From the NCBI RefSeq assembly GCF_006345805.1, contig NC_042997.1, positions 178,436,001 through 178,500,000 of the forward strand: a DNA stretch of 64,000 nt, written 5' to 3'. Both the position numbers and the translations under genes were made by a program. The notes under the pieces were generated by a model. The model was not told where the DNA came from and did no database searches. It was given only the letters and a program-made list of their open reading frames with translations. Shown piece after piece: positions 53,157 to 64,000 of this stretch. This DNA is from Octopus sinensis (lineage: Eukaryota). Positions within the stretch are counted from its first letter, which is position 1; the number at the start of each line of letters is the position of its first letter.

Positions 53157-53215
53157 ATAGCCGACGAGAATGTAACGTTGCTCTTCGCGCCGACATTCGA
53201 AACTCCGAGTACTAT
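53157..53215 (+). ncRNA. Hammerhead-like motif with a U4C core variant
   Basis: ATAG-CCGACGA-GAATGT(19 nt)ACATTC-GAAA-CTCCGAG-TA-CTAT; all three stems form. Confidence 0.6.
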
Positions 53216-53335
53216 AATAACAACCTTTTACTGTTTGTTCTAATTTACAACATATATAAATAATCCTCTATTTATCTAATATCGCGGTCTCATTCTTTTG
53301 TTGTTACTTTTTATTAATATATATATATATATATA

Positions 53336-53703
53336 GGCGCAGGAGTGGCTGTGTGGTAAGTAGCTTGCCTACCAACCACATGGTTCCGGGTTCAGTCCCA
53401 CTGCGTGGCACCTTGGGTAGGTGTCTTCTACTATAGCCTCGGGCCGACCAAAGCCTTGTGAGTGGATTTGGTAGACGGAAACTGAAAGAAGCCCATCGTA
53501 TATATGTATATATATATGCGTGTGTGTGTTTGTGTTTGTCCCTCTATCATTGCTTGACAACCGATGCTGGTGTGTTTATGTCCCCGTTACTTAGCGGTTC
53601 GGCAAAAGAGACCGATAGAATAAGTCCCGGTGTTGAGTTGCTCGATTAAAGGCGGTGCTCCAGCATGGCCGCAGTCAAAAATGACTGAAACAAGTAAAAG
53701 AGT
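53336..53703 (+). mobile_element. SINE family A, full length
   Basis: GGCGCAGGAGTGGCTGTGTGG...gactgaaacaagtaaaagag. Confidence 0.92.
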
Positions 53704-53768
53704 ATATATATATATATATATATTGTTGTATTTCGAGATGATGATGTTTTCATATTTTTTTCTTCCAA

Positions 53769-54040
53769 ATAAACACATGCATTATATATTCGTTCTTCAG
53801 TCGCTTATTACTGTCCTTATTCTAACACATGTCCATTGTCCGGAAATCTTTCATCACACATCTGTGATCTATTTAGCGACATTTTCATCCTCGTGTGAAC
53901 TCTTATCACACACGAGGACCAAAAGTGTCACTGAAGAGGCCACAGATGAGTGACGAAAGATTTCCGGACAACTGATATGAGTTAGAATAAGAACAGTAAT
54001 AAACGAGTGAAGAACGAATATATATAGAGCATGTGTTTAT
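53769..54040. repeat. Imperfect fold-back (arms of about 98 bp) with an internal hairpin and a degenerate hammerhead core at 53925-53970
   Basis: 53769-53866 vs 53941-54040; cctcgtgtg/cacacgagg hairpin; CTGAAGA...GAAA-GATT-TC. Confidence 0.7.
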
Positions 54041-54107
54041 ATAGTAAAAAAAAATCACCATCCCGAAATACAACAATATTTGCTTTAACACACGAATTCT
54101 CATCAAG

Positions 54108-54138
<31 letters not shown>

Positions 54139-54290
54139 TGTTTGTATACACACACACACATATATATATATATATATGTGTGTGTGTGTATGTGTGTGTA
54201 TATATGTATGTATTTGTGCATACATGTATATATATATGTATATATGTATGTGCGTATTTAAATGTGTATATATTTGTGTGTGTGTATTTG

Positions 54291-54323
<33 letters not shown>

Positions 54324-54437
54324 TCATATTATATATGTATGCATATGTATATGTATGTATATATGTATATATGTATATATATCTATATATATAAATATAT
54401 GTAAATGTATGTATATATGTATGTATATATGTATGTC

Positions 54438-54479
<42 letters not shown>

Positions 54480-54844
54480 GCACACGCACACATATCACAG
54501 CACAAGCTAATGAGGGGCGTTCTTTTCCATCATTTAGAAATAGCATCCTAATTCTCTTAATTCGCATACGCCCAATTCTTACCATCTTGACCCTACCCAT
54601 ATAAAATGGAAGGAATCTTTCGTTAATGTATTCCTAGGCATACAGAAAGAAAAGCTGATCGTGGCAGGATCGCCTTTCATAATAGAATCATCCCTAAATT
54701 AGGGCTGAACCATAGCTAAAGAGCACAACGACAGCAAAAACAACACCGCACAGCCTCAAAACTGCAGGGGCCAACTTAAAGACTGCCGAGTTAACTCGTT
54801 AGCTCTCAGCCCAGAGTTCAAGTCCTCTTGTTGGGAAGCTGCTT

Positions 54845-54853
54845 CTGCAGCTA

Positions 54854-54892
<39 letters not shown>

Positions 54893-54934
54893 ATTACCCT
54901 TTTGTGATTAAAGTTGTGAGAGGCAAACGTACAG

Positions 54935-54968
<34 letters not shown>

Positions 54969-55240
54969 ATATACTACATATACTACATATACTACTACTA
55001 CTGCCACCACCACTACTAATATTGCTGCTGCTGCTGCCCTCTCCACCTCCTCCAACTGCTGCTCCTGCCCCTCTACCTCTCTTCTTCTTCTTCTTCTTCT
55101 TCTTCTTCTCCCCTCCTTCTTGTCCTCCGCCTCCTCATCTTCCTCCTCCCCTCCTCCCATATCCCCCTCGTCCTCGTCCTCCTCCTGATCCTCCTCCTCC
55201 TCTCCTTCTTCTCTTCCTCTCCTGCTGCTGCTGCTTCTAC
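54845..55240. repeat. Compound trinucleotide repeats (CTA, CTT, CCT, CTG)
   Basis: Directly visible. Confidence 0.9.
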
Positions 55241-55470
55241 ATTTACTGTGCTTCTTTATTTTTCATCTTGCAAAACTGTAGCAATTCCATCTAAATCCAG
55301 TTTTTCCATATCTTTAATCATACTCCAAAATCGTATGCAATAACCTCACTTGCTTTTCTCTCCTTAAATCATTCCCTATTGTCTTAGGAAAATAGATCTC
55401 AAAAGCGTGTGCACACACAGTCATACACACAAATGTATATATATATATATATATGTACTTTTTTTGTAAA

Positions 55471-55812
55471 GACGCTGGAGTTGCTGTGCGGTAAGTAGCT
55501 TGCTTACTAGCCACATATGCTTACTAGCCACATATGGTTTCCGGGTTCAGCCCCACTGCGTAGACGGAAACTGAAAGCAGCCCATCGTATATATGTATAT
55601 GTATATATGTGTGTGTTTGTGTGTCTATGTTTGTCTCTCCAGCATCACTTGATAACCGATGCTGGTGTGTTTACATCCCTATAACTTAGCAGTTCGGCAA
55701 AAGAGACCGACAGAATAAGTACTAGGCTTACAAAGAATAAGCCCTGCTCGACTAAAGGCGGTGCTCCCTCAAGGCTGTAGTCAAATGACTGAAACAAGTA
55801 AAAGAGTAAAAG
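55471..55812 (+). mobile_element. Diverged, internally deleted SINE family A
   Basis: Head remnant, body and tail. Confidence 0.75.
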
Positions 55813-55817
55813 AGAGA

Positions 55818-55850
<33 letters not shown>

Positions 55851-56004
55851 CTACTAATAATAATAGAAATAAGGATGGTCTCAAATTTTGCCACAAGGGC
55901 AACAATTTTGGGGCAGGAGATAAGTCGATTACATCGACCCCAGTGTTCAACTGGTACTTATTTTATCGACCCCGAAAGGATGAAAGGCAAAGTTGACCTC
56001 GACA

Positions 56005-56067
<63 letters not shown>

Positions 56068-56068
<1 letters not shown>

Positions 56069-57022
56069 GCGCACGAGTAATTGGCTGATAGGTGGGAGGA
56101 GAAACCTCTGCACGGCAAATATGTGACCCGCAGCAAACAAGCTGATGTTGACCAGAAGCAAACCCATCAGTGGCTACGGAGCTCAGGGCTAAAAGCAGAG
56201 AGCGAAGGTTTCATCCTGGCTGCTCAAGATCAAAGCCTATTAACCCGGAACTACCAGACCAATGTGATGAAAAATAGAGCAGACCCAAAATGCAGATTCT
56301 GCAACGACATGATTGAAACAGTGGACCACCTAATCTCTGGATGTAAAGTCTTAGCACCAGTGGAGTATAAAGTAAGACATGACAGAGTTGGCCAATATCT
56401 ACACTGGCTAATAAGTCGGCATTACAATATCAAAACTGCCGACAAGTGGTATAATCACCACCCTGAGGCTGTAACTGAAGGAGAAAATGTAACCATTCTG
56501 TGGGACTTTCCAGTACATACAGACCGAACCATCAAGGCCAATAAACCAGATATTGTTGTGAAAGGCCAAAACAATAAAGTTTGCTTATTGATCGACATGA
56601 GCATCCCCTGTGATCATAATATCTCAGCGAAAGAGTTTGACAAGCTCAGAAAATATAAAGACCTACTCATTGAAATTGAGAAAATGTGGCATCTCAAGGC
56701 GGTTACAATACCAGTGATCGTAGGAGCACTAGGAATGATCAAGAAGGGAACCGAAAATTATATGAGAATGATCCCTGGCTTACCATCCCTGCAAGAAGTG
56801 CAAAAGATTGTCTTAACTGGTACATCACACGTATTGAGAAGAGCATTGTCGATGTGAGAACTGTTGCTGCTCATGTATTTTAATTTAACTTAAAAAAAAA
56901 AAATTAACGAACTATTGAGTTTGGTTTAATGGCCTACCAATGTATACTATGAGTTTCTTTGCCCTAGGAGTCGGGAAGACACTCGGCAAGAAATGGAAGC
57001 AAATTTGAAAGAAGAAAAAAAA
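56068..57022 (+). mobile_element. 5'-truncated R4/Dong-type LINE with an open 258-codon zinc-knuckle/RLE C-terminus (56081-56857), between (TAA)n arrays
   Basis: CRFCNDMIETVDHLISGC, RHDRVG, ILWDFPVHTDRTIKANKPDIVV, LIDMSIP and IPVIVGALG (PD-(D/E)xK RLE motifs). Confidence 0.93.
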
Positions 57023-57060
<38 letters not shown>

Positions 57061-57062
<2 letters not shown>

Positions 57063-60000
57063 GGGGGACTTTTAAGATGTAAGAAGGAAAATTCAGAGCT
57101 CCGAAACCTATCCACAAACATCGAAAACAAGGACATCCTATGGAGCCAAAGTTTTACTAACAAAGAATTGGACTGTATCCGAGTAAGTAATACAAATTGA
57201 AATTTATTACTATTTTCGAAACGAAATGATGTATTTTGACTCGATATCATCTCCACCTCTAACGCAACACATGTAAACATGCGTGAAACATCACGATCAT
57301 CTCCGACCCCAAACACCATGTACAAAGGAACTACGAAGAAATTAAATGCCACCGATACTATTCAACCCAAGAATAACAATCGAGCGGTACGTACATTAAC
57401 CTACAACAAAATGTACGAAAAACTACACGTGCGAAATAATGTGACAACAGAAATAAACGGACCGGTACCCTACGAAAATGACGACCGTCAAAATAATGGG
57501 CCGGACGTTGTACCTCATGTCCCGTAAATAAAACCCAAAAGACGTAAATGGACACGTGAGGAATACATTTCTATCTTACACGCATACTTCACAGCAGTAC
57601 TCTACCCCCAAAAAATGAAAATACAACAACACATACATATAAGTATGGAAGGAAAATAATAGAGATTTAGACTTGGATACAGCAATGAACCCTAATAAAT
57701 TAGCTAACGTACGAAGATACATTCTCAACACAAAAAAAATATCAGAATAGAAATAGAACGCCTAAAAGAAAACATACACCAGGAAAATGTAGATAGAAGC
57801 CACACAACAATGCCCAATAATATAAACACTGAAACTGTAAAACACGAAGACAAACGCAACATTCCCAACAAACACGATGTAACAACGAAGGGGAGCCTAA
57901 TGATTATGATAATATAAAAAAAAAAAAATAATCAAAGAACTAAAAACCACAGAGCTCACAATGGACCACCGACCATACCTCCCAAGAATCAAAATAAACA
58001 AAATACAACACCTATTATAAACAGCATAAACCTAGCCGTCACTGAACTGATAGCCACTGAAACAAAAAAAAGTGATATCACTGAGCTAAATAACCTAATA
58101 TACGCAGCAGCCACTGCAGCCACAAAAGAAGCTGGATACTCACCCAAACCCGCCCAAACAGGAGTACCACCACCCAAACAAACCCTGTGGATAAATAACA
58201 TCCAAAGCAAAATAAAAAAAATAGAAAAGACCTGTCGATTCTTAATGAAATCAGCAAACAAGCAACGCTACTGAGCAACAAAAAGAGAACAAAAATACTC
58301 CGCAAACATACATCACAGAAAAAGATTTGCCTGAAATAAAAGAAAACTGAAGCAAGATATCCTTGCCAAAGCACAAAGGATCCGCCGGTACAAGAAACGC
58401 CAACGCTTCTTTGAAGAAAACAAAAAGTTCAACTCCAATCCCAAAAAGTTCTACCAAGAACTGGGCAAAAATAAAATAGAAGTCACTGCAGCACCAACGG
58501 CAGAAGAATTGGAAGAATTCTGGGGAGAAATATGGTCGGCGAACGAACCACCAAAAAAAAAGGAGTATCAAAATAACAAACTCGGCATCTGAACAAATTT
58601 GGACCCCCATAACAACTGAAGATGTCACCCAGGCACTGCAAAGACTAAGCAACTGGAAGGCACCTGGGCATGACAAGATCCCCAACTTCTGGTTGAAATA
58701 TCTAACAGGAATGCACAAAAGCTGCCTGAAAACTTTAACAACGTACTAGCAGAGCAGAGAACAATGCCTGAATGGCTCACGAAGGGGAAAACCATCTTAA
58801 TTCCCAATCAAATGAAACAGAAAAACCAGAAAACTACAGACCAATAACCTGCCTCCCTACTATGTTCAAGGCATTTACTGCAGTGATATCACAAAGGCTG
58901 AACAAGCACCTGGACGAAAACAAACTGTTCCCAGAAGAGCAGAAAGGATGCCGCAAAGGCTCATATGGCTGTAAAGATCAACTAATGATTAATAAAGCCA
59001 TAACTGAAGACAGCCACAGAAAGAAGAAAGGCCTCAGTATGGCCTGGATTGACTACAAAAAGGCGTTTGATAGCATCCCCCACACATGGATCCTCGAAAC
59101 ACTAGCCATTAACAAAGTAGCACCACAATCATAAAATTCATAGAGCACTCTATGAATAAATGGCAAACAGTCCTACACCTCCAAACAAAAGAGGGACTCA
59201 TGAAAACCAAAGACATCCCCATTAGAAGAGGAATATTCCAGGGAGATACGCTCTCTCCACTCCTTTTCTGCTTGGCACTGTCACCTCTATCTGATATGCT
59301 AAATAGAACTGGATGCGGATATAAATGTTACGGCAAAACGATCAGCCACCTTTTATATATGGATGACCTAAAACTATACGCTGCAAATGACAAACAGCTG
59401 GAAACACTATTAAAGACAGTTCATGGATTTACCAAAGAATAGATATGAAATTTGGATTAGAAAAATGCGCCAAAGTAACCATGAAAAGAGGAAAACTAGT
59501 TAAAGTAACAACATCACACTAGATGAAGCAAATGAAATAAAAGAATTAGACCAAAGCCAAACTTACAATACTTAGGAATCCATGAACTAGATAAGACACA
59601 ACACACACAAATGAAAGAGAAAATAAAAAAAGAATATTATAGACGAGTTAGATCAATACTAAACACAGAGCTGAATGCTAAAAACAAGATAATAGGTATC
59701 AACACTTTAGCTGTCCCAGTTATAAGTTACAGCTACAATATCCTTAACTGGACACGAAATGAACTGACCAAAATAGACAGGAAAACAAGAAAAATAATGA
59801 CAGGATCTAGGATACATCACCCAAAATCTGACATAGAAAGACTATATATACAACGTATAGAAGGTGGTAGAGGCCTTATACAGCTGGAAAACTACTATAA
59901 AATAACCACCATAGGACTGCAAAAATATCTACTTCAGAAGGAAGGAAAACTGATCCAGATAGCGGCAAAACACGAGCAAAACAAAAAACTGTTCTCAGTA

Positions 60001-61013
60001 TTTAAGGAAGCTGACAAATACAAACAAGAAATCATACCACCTAATAAACATGAAGAAGAAGAAGAAGAAGATGAAGAAACAACAAAAGCTATAAAAAAAA
60101 TGAAATCCAAACTAAAAATAGAACAGCAACGAACCATGATAAAACGATGGCAAGAAAAGCCCCTTCATGGTAAATACTGGACTAAACTAAACGCAAAAGA
60201 ATAGACAAAGAAAAATCCCAGCAATGGTTGAGAAGCTCAGGACTCAAAGCAGAAACAGAGGGATTTTTAATTGCAGCACAAGACCAAAGCCTCCCCACCA
60301 GAAATTACCAAAAACATGTAATGAAAAGAAATATTACAAGTAACTGCAGAATATGTGGAGATGGACAAGAAACAATAAATCATATTATCTCTAGCTGCCC
60401 AGTCCTGGCTAAGAAGGAATATATTCACAGACATGACATAGTTGGAACTTACATACATTGGAAGCTATGCCAACATTATGGAATAACAACAGAAAAAAGA
60501 TGGTATAGGCACACACCAGAAAAGGTCACAGAAAACGAGAAAGCAACCATACTCTGGGATATGCCGATACACACAGATAGAGAAATTAAGGCCAACAGAC
60601 CAGATATTGTTGTCAGAGACCATGAAGAAAAAAATGCTTTCTAATTGATGTATCAGTACCGGCAGATGACAACGTGTCTCTAAAAGAAATGGAGAAACTC
60701 TCAAAATACAAAGACCTGGAAATAGAGGTAACTAGAATGTGGAATCTGAAAACAGAAACAATTCCTATCATAGTAGGTGCATTAGGCATGATAAAAAAAT
60801 ATTCAGACAAATACATAACAAAAAACCAGGACTTACAAACACATATAACATACAGAAAATTGCACTACTAGGCACTGCACACAATCCTACGCAGAACACT
60901 TTCCATACAATAACCATCAGAGCATCACAAACATCACAGCACAATACCCAAGGCACACAGAGCTGCGCTCGGTAGTGAAGTGAAAGCACGCTATAAAAAT
61001 AAAAATAAAACTA

Positions 61014-61017
<4 letters not shown>
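57061..61017 (+). mobile_element. Near full-length R4/Dong-type LINE (Myb-like N-terminus, RT, zinc knuckle, RLE) with frameshifts, between (TAA)n arrays
   Basis: RRKWTREEY (about 57540); YRPITCL; WIDYKKAFDS; GIFQGDTLSPLLF; YMDD at 59356-59367; CRICGDGQETINHIISSC; ANRPDIVV; IPIIVGALG; 3' UTR 60908-61017. Confidence 0.95.
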
Positions 61018-61059
<42 letters not shown>

Positions 61060-61062
<3 letters not shown>

Positions 61063-61575
61063 GACTTGACAGAGCAAAAGATTGGAACTACCACAAACCT
61101 GAAGGCATCGTCGAAAATGGAAATGCAAAGCTCCTATGGAATTTTATGATTCAGTGCGACCATGAGATAGAGAATAGGAAGTCAGACATAATCTTAATTG
61201 AGAAAGAAAACCAACTATGCTGGATCATAGATATAGCATGCCCAGCTGACAACAAGGTATGCGATAAGGAAGAAAGAAAAGGTGAGAGATATGACATGTT
61301 AGCGTGGGAAGTTAAGCAGTTCTGGTCGATGAAAAAAGGTAGCAATAGTACCAATAATTGTCGGAGCCCTGGGAACAGTGAGCAAAAATCTCGAGAAGTA
61401 CGTGGAACAAATAAGTACTGCAATAAGGGTGGAGCACTTGCAGAAAACAGCACTGCTTGGAACCACTCGAATACTCCGGAAGGTGCTCGAAAAATAAGAA
61501 GTATTACCTTAGTTCACTGGTAGTGAACAGCTAACACTGTAGTTCATCTCCAGCGTTAGAAGCTGTGCAAAGGCA
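61060..61575 (+). mobile_element. Short 3' fragment of a third R4/Dong-type family, between (TAA)n arrays
   Basis: KPEGIVENGNAKLLWNFMIQCDHEIENRKSDIILIEKENQLCWIIDIACPAD. Confidence 0.85.
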
Positions 61576-61578
61576 ATA

Positions 61579-61613
<35 letters not shown>

Positions 61614-61620
61614 AATAATA

Positions 61621-62177
61621 AATGCCCTGATGCAGTACCAGGCAGTGGCTCTCGTGGCTTCTGATCTTAACTGATTGGAAGTTTTATCATGTACATTGTT
61701 TTGTTTTGGTATAAAAGATGGGCTACAGCAAATATTCTGCTCAATACCACAGATTTGCTTGTCAGTTGTTTGACCGTAACCAGTTGAGCATGTCCCTTAG
61801 AGACTGACAATATGTACATCTCTGATCACGAGCAGAAGTAGTGGGGGAGCATCATAGCCATATGTTGAGAGTGATTCTGTGGGATTTGAATAATTTACTT
61901 CTGGAAACATGGGTGTTTCGTTCAACATCCTTAAACAACCCTTATTCAGGGACCATTTGAGCGGGATGTGTTACTCGAGCAGAAGAAAATTCTAACTAGG
62001 CCCCACCTGCAAGGTCATGTGCTGTTTATCTTGATATGAGATCACCATGTCGCGCACATATGGTTGTGATGCATGTGCCTGTTGTACCCTTATCAGACGA
62101 GTAGTCATGATGGGTATACTGGGCTTCATATATTTTACACCAGTGTCACTATGATGGCATGCACTGCTCTCTCACTC
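61621..62177 (+). mobile_element. Non-coding interspersed repeat of about 560 bp between (TAA)n arrays; probable LINE 3' UTR or non-autonomous partner
   Basis: No ORF; ends ...ctctctcactc(AAT)n like the neighbouring elements; recalled as a common octopus repeat (not verified). Confidence 0.55.
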
Positions 62178-62311
62178 AATAATAATAATAATAATGATAA
62201 TAATAATAATAATAATAATAATCCTAAGATGGAATTTATAGATATTTAATGCACCGCTACGCGCGTTTCCACAAGTCACATGATTTTTAAGGCTACAATT
62301 TTTATTCTGCA

Positions 62312-62603
62312 GATAATTACAGTGTAGTCCGTAATATTCGTAGGCATCCGGTTGATCATCTTCACTGATTCATTTCTTCAGGTGATATAACATTGGTGGA
62401 TGAATCATATAGGGATGTTTTTCTCTTTTTATCAGTATGAAGGTCAAGCGAAGCTATACTGATAAAAAAAAGGCCATAGTGATAAAAAGAGAAAAAACAT
62501 CCTTCTGTGGTTCAGCCATTAGTGTTATATCACCTGAAGAAATGAATCAATGATGATGATCAACCGGATGACCACGAATTGTATGGACTACACTGTAATC
62601 ATC
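62312..62603. repeat. Imperfect fold-back palindrome (arms of about 135 bp)
   Basis: acagtgtagtcc/ggactacactgt, catccggttgatcatc/gatgatcaaccggatg and attcatttcttcaggtgatataaca/tgttatatcacctgaagaaatgaat. Confidence 0.85.
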
Positions 62604-62692
62604 CCAGGTATACGGAATGTGATCTTAAAAGTTATTTGATTTGTGGAAACGCGGGTAGAGATGCATTAAATGTTTATAAATTCCATCCTAGG

Positions 62693-62749
<57 letters not shown>

Positions 62750-62984
62750 GTTGTTGTTGTTGTTGTTGTTGTTGGTGTTGTTGTTGTTGCTATTATATTT
62801 ATCCTACATTGTATTGGTATAACATGATGCAACCCCACAAAACTGACTCACTAGTCAGCATCATTAGACGGAGGCTGGCGTAATGGGATAGGAGCTCTAT
62901 GTGCGTATTCAAAACGTTACCATAAACAAATTGAAAAGATACACACGCGCGCACACACACACACTCATACACACACACATCTCT

Positions 62985-63303
62985 TCTTTTCGACCTTTTA
63001 AAGCCTATCCAGCCTCATGGGCCCGGTTTCCCGGTTTCTGTGGCGTATGTGTTCCCCCCAGCTGGACGGGACGCCAGTTCATCGCAGCGTTACTCAAGGA
63101 ACAGGAATAGAGAGAGAAAGAGAGTGAGAGAAAGTTGTGGCGAAAGAGTACAATAGGGGTCGCCACCATCCCCTGCTGGATCCTCGTGGACATTTTAAGT
63201 GTTTTCGCTCAATAAACACACACAACGCACGGTCTGGGAATCGAAACCGAGATCCTCCGACCGCGATTCCGCCGCCCTAACAACTGGGCCATTGCGCCTC
63301 CAC
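62985..63303 (-). mobile_element. SINE family C, tail variant 2
   Basis: Head GTGGAGGCGCAATGGCCCAG on the minus strand. Confidence 0.9.
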
Positions 63304-63590
63304 ACATACACACATATGGATACATTTATAGGTACATGTATGTGTATACAAATTATGTACTCCTACATATATAGGTACATATATGTATGTACATAAACAC
63401 GTTATATACTTCGTTTACCGATGTCAGTCACCGGATTACTGCAGTGCTGGAACACTGCTTTCAAAAGTTGAGTCAGGTACATTTGTATCGGTCTTCCTTT
63501 ATCGAATCGATAGGTTATATTTCCAACATAAACGAATGCAACTTGACACAGTAGTTTACACATTTAAGGATAAGCAGACATAAGTTTATA

Positions 63591-63825
63591 CCTATTTCTT
63601 TACTACCCACAAGGGGCTAAACACAGAGGGGACAAACAAGGATAGACAAACGGATTAAGTCAATTACATCGACCCCAGTGCGTAACTGGTACTTATTTAA
63701 TCGACCCTGAAAGGATGAAAGGCAAAGTCGACCTCGGCGAAATTCGAACTCAGAACGTAGCGGCAGACGAAATACTGCTATGCATTTCGCCCGGCGCGTT
63801 AATGTTTCTGCCATCTCGCCGCCTT
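63591..63825 (-). mobile_element. SINE family B monomer with 13-bp target-site duplication
   Basis: ataagtttatacc at 63580-63592 and 63826-63838. Confidence 0.93.
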
Positions 63826-64000
63826 ATAAGTTTATACCAATAAGTATAAGGGCACACACGTTAATATGTATGTTTATACAGTTTGATTATTTTTATTCAG
63901 TAGAAAGTTTCTAACGGGTCTTAAGAGCAGAGAGTTTCGAGCAGTTACCAAATTGAATTTAAATCAATGTGCTTACTTCCTTGTATAGAATGAATGATAG

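Noticed and set aside
54894-55294. Poly-R/E/T/P ORFs
   Set aside because: Trinucleotide repeat artefacts.
57061-57200. HDV-like ribozyme at the 5' end of the R4/Dong element
   Set aside because: No P1/P2/P3 nested pseudoknot could be assembled by eye; the copy may be slightly 5'-truncated.

Overview
AT-rich, microsatellite-saturated eukaryotic DNA. The SINE repertoire points to an octopus (cephalopod) genome; this is inferred from family recognition, not from a search. No intact host gene can be supported, so the window looks intronic or intergenic, with a few speculative splice-flanked exon candidates. It is dominated by three tRNA-derived SINE families (called A, B and C here), remnants of several LINE clades (R4/Dong-type with RLE endonuclease, Tx1/L1, CR1/L2, RTE, HERO-like), mariner and hAT non-autonomous DNA elements, and a decayed ORF from an unidentified transposon-like family that is split by a mariner insertion. 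Most notable: (i) several long fold-back palindromes and solo repeats carrying minimal type I hammerhead ribozyme cores (Penelope-like pLTR signature), including a perfect 165-bp-arm palindrome with an intact hammerhead core on each strand; (ii) a head-to-tail stack of four (TAA)n-flanked elements, three of them R4/Dong-type, at 56-62 kb; (iii) 3' tails shared between SINE B and a Tx1 LINE and between SINE A and a CR1/L2 LINE. There is a 100-N assembly gap at 49011-49110. Nearly all ORFs in the supplied track are microsatellite artefacts or TE fragments.
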